Assembly (NCBI RefSeq): GCF_009914755.1
Contig: NC_060947.1
Reading direction: 5' to 3' (one strand)
Source: the human T2T-CHM13v2.0 reference genome, Homo sapiens
DNA: 64,000 nucleotides
Positions 17,431 through 32,069 of the stretch are shown piece by piece. Positions within the stretch are counted from its first letter, which is position 1. Every line of letters begins with the position of its first letter. Made by a program: the position numbers and the translations under genes. The notes under the pieces are model-generated. The model saw only the letters and a program-made list of their open reading frames with translations, was not told the DNA's origin and did no database searches.

Positions 17431-17790
17431 CAGAATCTGGCTGTGTCTCCCAGGCTGGAGCGAAACGGTGCCATCGAGTCATACTGCAACCTCTGCTTCC
17501 CAGGCTCAAGTGATCCTCCAGCCTCAGCCTCCTGAGTAGCTGGGACTACAGGAATGAGCCATCATGCCTGGCTAATTTTTGTACTTTTTATAGAGATGAG
17601 GTTTCGCCATGTTGGCCAGATTGGTCTTAAACTCCTACGCTCAAGCGATCTGCCTGTCTCAGCCTCTGAAAGTGTTGGGATTACAGGCATGAGCCACTGC
17701 AGTCAATTTTCAATTCCGTCTCCTCTAACTCTCCCCTCCCTGGAGGATGTAGGAACAAGAGGTAGATGGAAGGAATGCTAAAACAGAAGC
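17010..17790 (-). mobile_element. MER21-type LTR fragment containing an AluJ-like element (~17400-17703, minus) with (TA)n/(GA)n tail
   Basis: Similar to 14600-14950 (ctcaaaaaactcaagaaaacatttgcttacattt); nested reverse Alu. Confidence 0.75.
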
Positions 17791-18674
17791 AAGGCAAAAG
17801 ACTGCATACAAGATATCAACTAACCACATAAAATTTATTGAGTGCTTGGACTGTCTGAGAGATGGTCTCCCTTAGAATATCATTTCCTGATGTATTTTGG
17901 CTTATGACTTTCATAATAATATACAATCTTATGCACTCTCTTAGAAACTTTTTACATTTTTCCCCCATGTTTTTGCGTAGCATATGTTAAAAAGTTATTT
18001 TAAGCCAATATATTTATTGTACATCAACATGTTATTAAAACTACATACCACTAATTTAATGACATATATACTATCCATAATATATATACATAAATGTAGA
18101 TTTTATTTTACACTCTACAGGTATTATTTGTCTAAAAAATCATTAAAATTAGATTTTATATCATATTTGATTTTGGTGCCAAATGTATGCCAAAATTCCT
18201 AGAATGGAAGCCAGTAGTTTCTTCTAATTGTGAAGTATAATATGTAACTTTTCCCATTGATTGTGTCAAAATAGATTCAACAATATTAGATATCGGGTCA
18301 AACTATCCTACATTTTTTTTTGCATCTATTGAGATTATCCTCTGGTCTCCTATAGTCCATTAGCATAGCGAATTCCATCTGTTACTGATTTCCTGTCCTT
18401 GAACCTTCTTTGTATTTCTGTCATAAACTGTGTTAGACAATGTTGTATTACTGTTCAATACTCTGTTGGATGTGGTTAAGCTAATGTTTTATTTAGGTTT
18501 CCATCATATCTTATACCATCCTTGGACAATTCAAGGTTATCCTAGTCCCATAAATGAGTCAGAATTTATCTCATTTTCTGTTGTCTCTAAAACCTTGTAT
18601 AAAAATAAATGATCTGTTTCTTAAAATTTAGTGGAACTTACGTGTAACCTCTATAGGCCTTGGACTTTGGCTTA

Positions 18675-18870
18675 AGACAATGGTTCCCAACAGAGAAGGT
18701 GGACAGTTTTGCCTCCCAAGGGACATTTGGCAGTGTCTGGTTGTCACAACTGGTAAGTGGGGTTGCTAGCAGGTGTGACCAGGAATGCTGTTCAACATCT
18801 ACAAAGTATAGGATAGCCCCACCCCCACAAGGAAGTATCTAGCCCAAAACGTCAAATGGATAATGTTAGA
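18675..18870. mobile_element. MER20 DNA transposon within old L1 sequence
   Basis: caatggttcccaac...ttttgcctcccaagggacatttggcagtgtctgg...tatctagcccaaaacgtca. Confidence 0.75.
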
Positions 18871-20096
18871 GAAATCTTAGGTTAAAGGAAGAAGGAATAA
18901 ATTTGCTATTGTAATTTCAGTTTACTTATGGTTTCTGTCTACCTAAGATTTTTACTTCTTTTTTTGCCAATTTACTACTTACAATATTTTAATAATTTCA
19001 TTATTTTTTCCAGTGTTTGACAGGTACTTGCTCTAAATATTCTCTAAGTATTTTTAATCTCACATATTTGTAGACAATTTACCATTTTCATTATAAATTG
19101 TATTTACATTTTACAACTTTTTTCTTGAATCAGTCTTGTAAGAGCTATGTTTATCTATTTTGTACTTTCAAAAGATCAGGTTATATCTTTGTTAATCATC
19201 TCTATTGTTTCAGAGTTTTACCTTTTTTTTTTTCTAGTGATTTCTACCACTATCTTATTTCCCTCCTTTCTTCTATTTAGGTTCATTGTATTCTCATTTT
19301 CCTATCCTCTTACGCAAATGTTTTTTCCTGTATGAATCCATTTGTTTGAAATTCTAGAAAGGTCAGAACTGCAGTGATAGAAAGCAATTAGTGATTTTCA
19401 GGAGACGATGAATGGACAGAAGGTTTAGACTGCAAAAAGACATAAGGGAACTTTTTGTAGTGATGGAAATACTCCATACCATCTATGTGGTTACAGTTTT
19501 TGACTCTTCCGTTTTTACTGAAATTCATTAAGTTTTGCATTTAAACGTGGTGAACTTTATTATATGTAAATTATACTTCAAGAAAGCTGATTTAAAAATA
19601 GAGCAAAAGCCAGACTTTATGTGCCTCCTGCTGAAGAAACTCAAAACCACCCATACTCTTGCTAAACTGCTGTATATGAATATGATCCAGTCTCTGCATA
19701 CAGCTATAAATTTGAAGGAAATATAGAGAGCGAGGGAGTATGCTAAACTATACCAAGAGTAGGAAATGAGCAAGATACAGATTATGAGAAACTCTACAGG
19801 TCAAATGGCCAGAATTCTTTAATAAACACTTTTTAAGAATTTAAAAGACATATTAAATTGAAGAAGAAGTAGACATGATTAATCCAAAGTGTCTAAGGAA
19901 TTCACACTTGCGAGATAAAAATAAAAAAAATAGGAAGTGATGATTATAGAAGTCAGAATACTGGTTTTTTGGGAAAGAAGGAGGGGCTCTAATTGAAATG
20001 GGCCATTTGGAGGGTCTTCCAGGATAGCTGGAAAGTTCTAGTTATTCACCTGCATTAATGTTAAAATGGTGTGTATCTTACATCAATCCAATAAGC

Positions 20097-20282
20097 TAGA
20101 GATTCTCTAAGTGTGGTATCAGGTAAACAACATCTGCATTCCCTGAGAAACTGTTAGAAATGTACATTTTCAGACCCCATCCCAGGCTTCTGAATCAGAA
20201 CTCAAGATGGTGCCCAACAATGGGCCTTTTAGCGAGCTCTCCAGGTGATTCAGATGCACTCTAACATTTGTCAACCACCATA
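20097..20282. mobile_element. MER5A DNA transposon
   Basis: ctctaagtgtggt...ctgttagaaatgtacattttcagaccccatccc...ccaggtgattcagatgcac. Confidence 0.75.
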
Positions 20283-20419
20283 CTAAGTCATACTTTTGTT
20301 CTGTGTGGTTTGCTGATTCTGTGTTTTATTTTACAAAAAGCAGATTTTTGTTTTAAGTTGCAGAGCAACGTTTTTTTAAAAAGGCAATGGGAACCTATAT
20401 TAATATATGTATATTTAAG

Positions 20420-20858
20420 TGTTAAATAAAACTAAATTTGGCCGGAAAAAGCCTACGTACTTGCATACTGAGTTCTTACATATGAACCTCAATCTAACTT
20501 ACGATGTAAACAAACTGAATACCTAACTTAGGCGAATGCTTCTGTAAGATTTGCTGAGTCTCAACCAATAACAGCAGCCATACAGCAGGCACTCACAGGT
20601 GGTCAATTATTCAAACATTGCTCAAATGAGGCAAAACCCTGGGCTGTAACCAATCCAGCTGTTTCTGTACCGCATTTCTCTTTTCTGTGTCACTTCGCTT
20701 TTTCTGTTCATAATTGTTATCCAAACATGTGGCGACCTCAGAGCCTCTCTGAATCTGTTCCGATTCTGGGGGCAGCCCCATTCCCAGATTGTTTTTCTTC
20801 CTCTTTATTGCTCAGTTAAGCTCTGTTAAATTTAATGTATTTAAAGTTTTTAAAAACA
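20420..20858 (+). mobile_element. Solo ERV1 LTR (MER57-like)
   Basis: TG...CA ends; starts tgttaaataaaactaaatttggcc; internal gtaaccaatccagctgtttctgtacc. Confidence 0.7.
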
Positions 20859-23722
20859 TATTTTACGTATTCATATAATAAAATGTGGAAGGACATACAT
20901 CAAACCCTTAGCGTTAACTCAAGGAAGTGGAATCAAAAGGAAGAATTTAGTTTTTAAAAATATCTTTGTATTATGGACTTATTAATTGAGATGAATATTG
21001 AGTTTTGTGTTAAAAAACACAAAAACTAAAACATTGACTGAGACTTTTCTAACTTGCGGTGCCTCAAATACTTGTGTCCCACCAGAGGCTAATAGTCCTC
21101 CAGTTAAAATGTTTAGTAGTCAAATAAATGTATAAAAAAACAGACAAAGGGTGCAGGTGACAGAGCAAGAAATAATCCAGTAAGTGACACTGCCAGACAA
21201 ACACCTACACTGACACATACAAAGATGCACACATAGCTATTTTGTAGAGTAGCAGAGCTTTACTAAAGCTCTGTTTGACCTAGTCCAATCACTTCTCCAT
21301 TCGGTGACTGAAAAGGCTAAAGAAGTATCAGACTAAAATTGTAGGTTCTCTTTGTTCAGGCTATTCAAGTGGATTTCCTATATAAAGGTTATAACAGAGA
21401 GGTACAAAGTTTTTTAATAAAGTGTTTATAATTCATATTCATCCCAGTGTTGTTCTTCCTTCAAAAATAAATATTAATAAAAGAAAAAAATTCAGATAAT
21501 AGGGTCTGAATTATAAGTTGTTGAATAGAAACCTGTTAGTAAGTTTTGACTTAATTTTTATTTTTTTGATACAGTAATTAAAAACAAACCACACCCTGTA
21601 CCTTCTTCAATAGACAATATCAGCAATAGTATGTGTAGATTTACAGTTTATAAGAATTTTTCAAATATGTTACTTCATTTGCTCCTGCCAGCAAATCCGT
21701 GCGGTAGTATGATATTAACACACCCTTCATGACGTGAATCACACACCTAACACTGTTCTCAGTGGTTTACATACCTCATCCCATACATACATACATCAAC
21801 CCATGCCTTTACAACAGTGCTCTGAGGTGTTGGTATATTATTGTACTTATTTTACACATGAAGAAACTGAGTTACAGAGAATTCAGCCATCTTGCCTAAT
21901 ATCACTGAGCAAATGAGTGGGGGCAAGGAGTGGATTTAGTCCTGGATTCTGGCTTCTGGCTTCAAAGTCTATGCTGCACTATTTTGCTCAATGCCCTCTC
22001 TGAAGTGTCATTTCTTGAAATAATGACACTGTGTTTTCACAGGACTGCCGTCACAGTAATGACAAAACAGCAGCAGGGGCTCTATCTGCCTTATGCACAT
22101 GGACTTGGGATATGTTTAGTGAGAATGCATGTTTTGCTGTTACTCCTAAGAGCAGGTAGGATCTTTGTTGCACAGAACCTAGAATTTGAGGCTTAAAGAA
22201 GTTCATGCCTTGGGTTGCCATATTACCAATCATTCAAAAAGTATCTACTGAAATGTGTTAGAAAAATAGTACAATTGAATTGCAGCAGATAGAATCAAAG
22301 ATGCATAAACAAAAAGATCTTGCAGCAAAGATGCGTAAAGAAAAAATTTGTAATCTCCTCACCCACCTGACCTTCATTTCTACTCTACTGAGGTGAACAG
22401 TTTTAATACTTGACACAAGGCTTTCCCTAATCATCTTCTTCAAGGAGAATACTGAAACATAAATGAAGGCTCAAACGTCTTGGAAGAAGGCTTGGTCTTC
22501 ATTGGATGTACAGAAATGGGGCTATTTTATGTGGATTCCTCTTCAACTTGCTGGTCTAATTGAATAGTAAGTCGTGGAGAATGTTTTGTGTCCATAGATG
22601 ATTGTGGTTTCATGTCTTCAAAATCTAATTCTGTAATCCATTTTGAAAGTCTTTTTGGGTCTGGGTAAAGACATGCTCTAACAAATTATTGTTCCTCACA
22701 TATCCAAATTAATTACCTTAGTTATTCCTGCTCCATCATGTGTGAAGTCCTGGGCAGAGACTGCAAGGGGTTCATTGTTATTGCCATGTAATTCCAGTGG
22801 ATTCATTAAGGTGTATTTCTTCCTCGCCCCTCCCCCAGCTATTCTTACTTGTCTTGTGGATGGCCTAAAATCTCCTTGTCAAACTCCCCTCAAAAGAGTT
22901 CCACTGGGACTAGAGAAACATTCTTTTGCAACTCAAAAACAAATTTTTAAAAAGTCAACATCTTTCTAGTTTTAGGTTTTCCTTTTAGGAAAATTCCTGG
23001 AATAAATATCCATTTACTCAAGTCTTCTCTTGGATTCTAGAGTAAATTTTAATTTTTTTCTTATATATAATTCATTAACAAATGTCACCGAATAGTTCAT
23101 TCTAGGCATTTTGATTTTATCACTGTCACACATTGCTTTGTTTTTTTCCATTTTATTTTCTGATGGATTTTTGCTGGTCTACAAGTACTAATTTTTTTAT
23201 ACAGCTTATATATTTATTGCACTTAAGAAACATATAACATTTACTTCTTGTCAGACATGTCATATATTTTAGTAAACATTATATTAAAACGTTTTCTATT
23301 TATTTACTGTGGTATCCTCAGGGTCTAAAACAGATAATGCTGTCTGTAGATTTGATGCAGCATAACTTTAAAAGCACATTGTATTCTTTAAGTGCTAGAC
23401 ATTTTCATCTAGAACAAGGGGGCCTCTTGCTTTGGGGACCTTTCCTCCCTGGACAGTGACCTCATTAGCTCTGTGATGTCATCTGCATCTTCAGGTAACC
23501 AGTTACATATGACTTTGCTGCCCAGGTTTGTGCTGGCAGCCACATGGAAGCCACACTCTTAGGATAGTTTTGGTAGACTGCTTGGCAGTATAACCACAAG
23601 GGTTAAACCCAGCTAGTTAGCAGGTTGACTCACAGCCCCCATCCTGATAGTTCTGGAGATTCCAAATAGGAAGTCTAGTTATCATCAGCAAATGCATTTT
23701 TCGAGACATGGAGTTAATGTGA

Positions 23723-24248
<526 letters not shown>

Positions 24249-27200
24249 TTGGCTGCAACTCTTGCTTAAATGCTTTTGTACTTTGAACACTGAAGAGAAA
24301 CATTCTTCCCTAACTCAAAGCTGCTTTGTAGAAATACGTGTCGAAGTGTTAGTGGTTTCATAAATTTCTAAATGAAATTGTTTAAGTTATTCTACGGTAT
24401 CATCTGGTTGCATGGTGTGTAAAGTGACACTGTGCTGTGACACCTCCCCAGCATTTCCTTCATTAACATAGTTCGGTGGACCTGTCAGTGTGTGAGCCCG
24501 GACCACCCTGGGCTAATTATTCTGACCATAAAATGCCAATTAGTGCCTGGTATCCTTCATTAGTCTCACTTTTTCATATTTTATTATAATATGTACCTGG
24601 GTGTACTCCTGGATGAATTTAACATCACTTTGCTAAATTCATGTAATAAAAAAACTTAGCAAGGATTTTTTAAATGCAATTACCATAAAACATACATTGA
24701 ATTTGGGGAACAAAAACTCATTACAAATACCAAATATTCCCTTTCAGTAATATGTGTATTTATATATATTCATTCAACTTTCTTTTCCTATGCCTTAAGG
24801 AAATATTTGTGATTTCTCCTTATACATGTGGAATGATTCTTGATGTTTGTTTATTCCGGTGCATTTTTGTTCTTTTTCATGAATGACTTGACCACATTTT
24901 CTAAAATCACTGCTTGTCTTTAGGACATGTTTGCATGTATATATAGGTATAGATATAGATTATTTATTTATACTCACCAGAATAAACTGTTTTAGTGGTT
25001 TTCATAGTTTTAAATTTATTAACTTTGGATTTCTAAGGATATAAATCAAGTGAATACCATACGTTTAACAATTTAAAAAAAGATTTTGTAAAAAGCACTC
25101 ACCACATCCTCATATACGCTTCATACACATGGCCATTTAGCATGAGTCAGACAGCATTTTTTTTTTTTTTTGGTGGTGAGGGGCCGGGGGGTGGGGTAAT
25201 TGCCTAAATGAAACCCCAAATGCTCTGAGATATTTTGATTATAGCAAATGCCAACAGTGTCTGCAAGGCGCTAAAATCATAGCAATTAGAGAAGTTCCCT
25301 GCACTCACTCACAAAGTGGAAAGTATTTGGACATTAGATAGCAAAGCAACGTGCTACCAGGAGATGTGGGCTGTAGAGTTGGAATCATGTTTTGTAACAT
25401 AACCTCTTAGCATGCAGGGCTAATTTGCAGTTTATCAGAGTATTTTCCAGTGGATTCATGCTTGACCTGTGTGACTACTTGGCAAGGGAGATGGAGCAAT
25501 TAATACATCTGCCACATGGGCTGCTGTGAAGATTTGAGGAGAGAATCTTCATGTGGCCACAGTTCAGTACCTGGCCTGGACAAAATGCTCAATAAATCCT
25601 CACTATTGCAATTGTTCTCACTAGAAGATATCATTTTCTTCCTGAATACGTGAAAAATTGAAGTTAAGGGTAGTAGACCAAATGAAAGATGAGCATTTCC
25701 TTGAAGTTTTAGAAATAAAATGTATTGATTAGAGGAGTTATGCATGTTCAAGTGACTGGAGGAAGGAAAGCAAAGATATTTCAAGAGACAAAGAGGATCT
25801 CTGGAACCCGTTCTCCCCCCATCCGCCACCCCCACTTACCCTTAAGGCATCCATTGTTGGCAGCCCTGATAAGATAGATACAAAGCCACTTAAATATATC
25901 CATATGCACACCCACATCCCCTAACTCTGCCACCCCGCAGGCCAACTGCGCTGCTCCAACTATACTCTCGAGGGCAGGGCATGTTTACCCGCACTTCTGC
26001 ACATTCAGCTCAGGCAGAGAGTTCCCTCTGTCAATATACAGGTAACCTTTCGAAATTATTTCCTTTTTGAAAACAGCCAGCATGCTATGCATTTTAATTT
26101 TTCTAATGTTTTCTCACTTAAAATATGCCAAATATGTCTTTCCAGGGTTTTCCACATCCATAGATTTATCTTGTATTACATTTTAAAATTCCAACTCATA
26201 ACTCGTGTAAGCTTTATTGAGTGTAAATTTTGAAGTGCTGATTTAACAGTTTAATTTTTTCACAAATATCTAATTTTCCCAGCAGCATTTGACCTTAGTA
26301 CAGTACCTGTTTCAACTCTGTTCATTCTTGAGAAAAAGAAAAAAAAACCATACAGTTTTAATTTGGTAGTGCTATAATTCCCTTTCAGTATCTATTATGA
26401 GAAATATGTCATTACTCTTTATTTCATGAATGAATTGCCTAAAGCTGAACTGACCACATGTGACCATTTAAATTTGGATTTGTTTTAAATTAAATACAAT
26501 CCAGTCCCATCTCAAGAGTTTAGTAGCCACAAGTGGCCAGTGTCTGTCACATGGGCAATTGCATGTAAAGCATTTCCATCATTGCAGAAGTCATTGCAGA
26601 AATCTCTCTTGGACAGCAGTGCCCCAGAGTGTCACGGCTTTGGGGTTTTTAATGCAGTTTCCGGAAACCACCACCGAGATAAAAACCAACATTTTGCAGT
26701 ACAGTATCTTGCCATGCAGATATGTGGGTATATCCTTTGGTGCAAGGTTTTGTTCTATTCCTCATTATTGTTTTATAGATTTATTTATAAGGGCTCTACA
26801 CAGCTCTCAGTAAATCATTATTGTATTCAAAGAACAGGAATTATCTGATTGTTACAGATGGGAGCTTTTGAGACAGAGAAATTGAGGGACTTCGTAGGAG
26901 CACACACATGAGTTAATATTTATTTTGATCAGTTTTTTAATTGATATTTTACTTACAGAAGTATCACTTGTTCATCCTAACCGGTGAAATGCTGCAAAGA
27001 TGTACAAGCAGAAATCACGTGGAGTTCCCTGGACCGGCCCTCCAAGGCTGCCCCCCTGAAAAACCAGTTTTAAGGTCCACCTTATCTTGGGTAGCCTCCC
27101 TCACTCCTGACCCCTGCCCCGCAGCTCAGAGGACAGATGGGCAGGGCTCGATTTCTTCCTTGGTCCACATGCAGTTCATACTCTGATCGCTTAGGAGGTA

Positions 27201-27685
27201 GAGTAATCCCTTTAGGGAGAGGTTTTTATATTTCATGTTTTAATGTCCAAATCATAATCTGGCACCGGATTTGTTTGGATTTTTATTTCCAGGAAAGTTT
27301 TTGGATTTTTTGGGGGAGGAGAATTTTGGTGAGATGCAAGAATTAACTGCTTTTCCCAAGACTCGTCTACAAATATGCAGTTTGTCATAAGAGCTCTTGG
27401 TTCTCATCTTTTGATCTGTGTCAATACCGAAGGCTCCCTGATGGCATTTTTCATACTGTCATTTTACAACAATTTGTCTGGCAAGTATCCCTCATTACTT
27501 ATCTTTTGTGGTTAATTTCATGAATTTTCTCACTAATTTATTGGTTGCAGATGAGCTTTAATATTGTTTGATCCAACAATTGTTTTAAACATACTGACTC
27601 CAAATCTAGCATTTAATTTGAGAGTAACCGGTAACAGGAGCACTGGAGTCATGGCAGTTCTGTTCTGATGACCTCTGGAAGTCTT

Positions 27686-28351
27686 TTTTTATTTTATTTT
27701 ATTATTATTATACTTTAAGTTTTAGAGTACATGTGCACAACGTGCAGGTTAGTTACATATGTATACATGTGCCATGTTGGTGTGCTGCACCCATTAACTC
27801 GTCATTTAGCATTAGGTATATCTCCTAATGCTATCCCTCCCCCCTCCCCCCACCCCACAACAGTTCCCGGTGTGTGATGTTCCCCTTCCTGTGTCCATGT
27901 GTTCTCATTGTTGAATTCCCACCTATGAGTGAGAACATGTGGTGTTTGGTTTCTTGTCCTTGCGATAGTTTGCTGAGAATGATGGTTTCCAGTTTCATCC
28001 ATGTCCCTACAAAGGACATGAACTCATCATTTTTTATGGCTGCATAGTATTCCACGGTGTATATGTGCCACAACCCCATCAAAAAGTGGGCGAAGGATAT
28101 GAACAGACACTTCTCAAAAGAAGACATTTATGCAGCCAAAAAACACATGAAAAAATGCTCATCATCACTGGCCATCAGAGAAATGCAAATCAAAACCACA
28201 ATGAGATACCATCTCACACCAGTTAGAATGGCGACCATTAAAAAGTCAGGAAACAACAGGTGCTGGAGAGGATGTGGAGAAGTAGGAACACTTTTACGCT
28301 GTTGGTGGGACTGTAAACTAGTTCAACCATTGTGGAAGTCAGTGTGGCGAT
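27686..28351 (-). mobile_element. Young L1PA (PA2-4-like), 5'-truncated with a 5' inversion
   Basis: Minus-strand L1 3' UTR from 27686 to ~28069 joined to a plus-strand ORF2 segment from ~28070 to 28351; 13-bp TSD ctctggaagtctt; GAG rather than the Ta ACA diagnostic. Confidence 0.92.
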
Positions 28352-28977
28352 CTCTGGAAGTCTTGAGTCAATATCTTCTATAGTATATTGACCAGAATCT
28401 AGTATCTGGTATTGAAAATGCTCACTTATTTATTCAATACATCTTTTTTGTAAACCTTGGAATTTTTCTCAATAAGTTTCTTGAAATATTAATGAAAAAT
28501 TTATTCTGAGTGGTGTTTTTACATTTGTATATTTGTATATTATAGTTGATAACTGCTGGAATACAAGAAAACTATAGATCTAAATGTAAATTGCTCATTT
28601 TTCTGCCAAACTTTCAGAAATGTCTTGCCAGTAGTGCTCACAGATTTTCTATGAATGCTATTGAATGTTCTATATTGGTAATGTTACATGTGTGTTAGAT
28701 GTATTCCAATATCATAGCCAAGAAATACTGGATCATCACATTCGTTAAAGCTCTCGATGGATCATGAAACTGAAAAGTTTTTCAGTTTCCTTGCTTTTGA
28801 GTTTACAGCCTACGTTCAATGCCACCACTTCAACCAATCCTTTTACTCCAAGTTTTTTTCAACCTTTTTCTGATAAGTGGGCCCTCAGGTAATATTTTGC
28901 AAGGCCTTGAATGCAGACTAATTAGTGATGCCCTAGTACCCACATGAAAGCTCACTAGGAACAAGTTGTAAAGCACC

Positions 28978-29290
28978 ACTAGCCAAAAGAAACACAATGT
29001 TAGCGACATATGTAATTTTAAATTTTCTAGTAGCCATATTTTAAAAATAAAAAAGATGTGGAAATATTAGTAATATGTTTTATTTAGTTAGATGCATGAA
29101 AATGGTATAATTTCAACATGTAATCAATGTAACAAACATGTTAATGAGATATTTCACTTTATTTTTTCATACCAAATGCCCAGCAAGTGGTGGTGTGTAT
29201 TTCACACCTGAAGCACATCTTCATTTGGACAAAGCACATTTTAAGGGCTGATAGATATATGTGACTAATAGCTATCATACTGGACAACAT
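28978..29290. mobile_element. MER33 DNA transposon
   Basis: acatatgtaattttaaattttctagtagccatatt...ctggacaacat. Confidence 0.75.
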
Positions 29291-30052
29291 GGTGATATTA
29301 CGGTAGTGGTTAAGTCTAGCTAATGTATTGGGTTGTTCATAATGTTCATATTCTGAGAGCCAGGTATGTAAGATCTCAAGAACTAAACTAACTTTAATTA
29401 AATAATTTGTTTTGTTAGATGTGTGACAGCACATTAAAATAATGTAATTGCTTCTATTGCTAAGTTTTGTTCAGTTTACAGGAGTACTTCCGTGTGGTGC
29501 GCATTTACTCGTGTTGATGGATTTTCGAGGTAAAAGTAATAATATTACCAGTCATTAGTTCATTATGCAGATTAAATGAGTAGAATTCAATAAAAGCTCT
29601 TAGTGTGCTGCCTGAAATGTCAGTGAAAACTCAGGAAATGTTAGTAATTGTCATTATCATGATTGTCATTACCAGGCTTAATGGCATGAATTTTCCCTGA
29701 TTTACAGCTTAGGAAGCTTGAAACTTGCAGACATTGTTAAATGTCACAGGACACGTAAGTGGTAGGAGGTAAGTTCACTTTAATTTAAAAAAATTGTATG
29801 AAAAGTTTATTGAAAGATACGACTTGCTTATTCTAATATTTGAGACAATGCTCAACTATATAAAGAGGAAAGTTTGTAGTCCATCCCCATACCCTGACTC
29901 AACCATTACAAAAACCCCCAACTTGTCCCTCCACACTGTTGTCCTTGCTAACACAATCATCTACTAACTCCCATATGCACATGGGAGGCTTTTTTCCCCT
30001 TATTTGTTTGTGCAAATATGAGCTCATCATACAAAAGCAGTTTTCTGCATTG

Positions 30053-30342
30053 TTTTTTTGAGATAGGGTCTGATTCCCATCATCCAGGCTGGAGTGCAGT
30101 GGCATGACCATAACTCACTGCAGCCTCAAATTCCTGGGCTCAAGTGATCCTCCCACCTAGGCCTCCGAGTATCTGGGACTAGAGGTGCATATCATCACGC
30201 CTAACTAACTTTTTGGTATTTGTAGTAGAGATGTGGTTTTGCCGTATTTTCCAGGCTGGTCTTAAATTCCTTGGCTCATGCACTCTGTCCACCTTGGCCT
30301 CCCAAAGTGCTGGGATTACAGGCATGAGCCACTGCACCTGGT
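30053..30342 (-). mobile_element. AluJ-like
   Basis: Diverged reverse Alu with J-type cactgcagcctcaaattcctgggctcaag. Confidence 0.9.
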
Positions 30343-31599
30343 CTGCAATTTGTTTTTCTTGCTTAAAAAAGATAAAATAGGTTTCTCCCCAGATCAGTGG
30401 GGGAGATTTTATGGTTTGCATTTTATACATCAACTCTCTAACCCATATGGAATTTATTTTGGTAAATGCTAGAGAGGTGAGGTTTTTCACTTTCCTTTTT
30501 TTTTGTAATATGAAATTTGTCCTGGCAACATTTGAGTTTTCGGTTTTGTTACAGTGATCCTCAGGTCACTTCTTAAACTAGATGTTCAATTGCTTTAATT
30601 ATTTAGCTATACAGTGCCACTTGGTACTCATTCAATAAATATTTATTGGTGTCAATAGTCTGTCATCATTAAGCAAAAAATAATAATAATACTCATCATC
30701 ATGGGACTTGCATTCTAAGTGCAGGGAGAGGGCAGAGATGTAAGCACTGTTGGGAAGTCATAAAATATAAAGGTTGAGGGCGAAAATACACATCCAGGTT
30801 AAAGGGGTTCTGGAGTTCTGGTGTGGGGACCGGTTGCAAAACTAAAGTGGTCAAGAAGGTCTTCAATGAGAAGGTGTTTTCTGAAGAAACTGCTAGAATA
30901 TATGAAGGATGTGAGAAAGGCATCATAGAAACTTACATAGAAGAACAGACCTAAGGAACATCCTGTGAGAATGCCGTAATATAGAAGAGCGGCTGGTCAG
31001 TTCTAGGAACATCAGGGAGGCCAGTGTGGCTACAGCGCTGTGACCCAGGAAGAGTCTTTAGGGATGAAATCAGAGAGATAATGTAGGGCTTTGGAAGTTA
31101 TTACAGTGACCGGCTTTTAATCCAAGATCAATAGGGGAGCTACTGAGGTTTGGAGCCACAGTGTATGTCATTTTCTGACTTACCAGTTAAAATGGTTATT
31201 TTGAATATATTTTTAGAAAGCATGCCTATAGGATTTCCTGATGAATAAGATGTCCATTTATTGAAATGAGGAGATTTCCATTTCAAGAAAAATGTGGTAT
31301 TGGTTAGGAGATCAGTTAAACTTGGTATTATTGTTAGACATACAAATGGAGACGCTGAGTAGGCAATTATGTTCTCTGGAGGTCAGAAAGGAGGTCTAAA
31401 CTGGAAATATAAACTTAGATGTTATTAGTATACAGATTGTACATAACACCATTAGACTGGAAATATTCATTTAGGGAGTATGTGCATGTCCATAAAGCAA
31501 AGAGGAACTTAGACACAAGGAAGAGAAGAACCAGCTAAAGGGACTGCATAGGAACCAGTGACTTAAGCAGAAAACTCAGAAAATTGTGCCTAGGTAGCC

Positions 31600-32018
31600 G
31601 ATATGGTTTGGATCTGCGTCCCCACCCAAATCTCAAGTTGAATTGTAGTCCCCAGTGTTGGAGGTGGGACCTGGTGGGAGGTGGTTGGATCATGGGGGTG
31701 GAATTCTCATGAAGGTTTAGCACCATTCCCTTAGTGCTGTTCTTGTGATAGTGAGTGAGTTCTCATGAGATCTGGTTGTTAAAAAGTGTGCAGCACCTCC
31801 CTTTTGGCTTTCTCTTGGTCCTGCTCCTGACATGTAAGATGACTTCTCCTGCTTTGCCTCTTGCCATGAGTTAAAGTTCCCTGAGGCCTTGCCGGAAGCA
31901 GATGCTGCCATGCTTCCTGTACAGCCTGCAGAACTATGAGCCAATTAAACCTCTTTTCTTTATAAATTACCCAAGGTTAGGTTGTTTCTTTACAGTAGTG
32001 TGAGAACGGACTAATACA
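31600..32018 (+). mobile_element. MST-type MaLR solo LTR inserted in L2 remnant
   Basis: gatatggtttggatctgcgtccccacccaaatctc...gagaacggactaataca. Confidence 0.9.
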
Positions 32019-32069
32019 GAGGCCAACTGAATAAAGTGTTCACAGGAGGAGAGAGTAACCTACTGTAGC

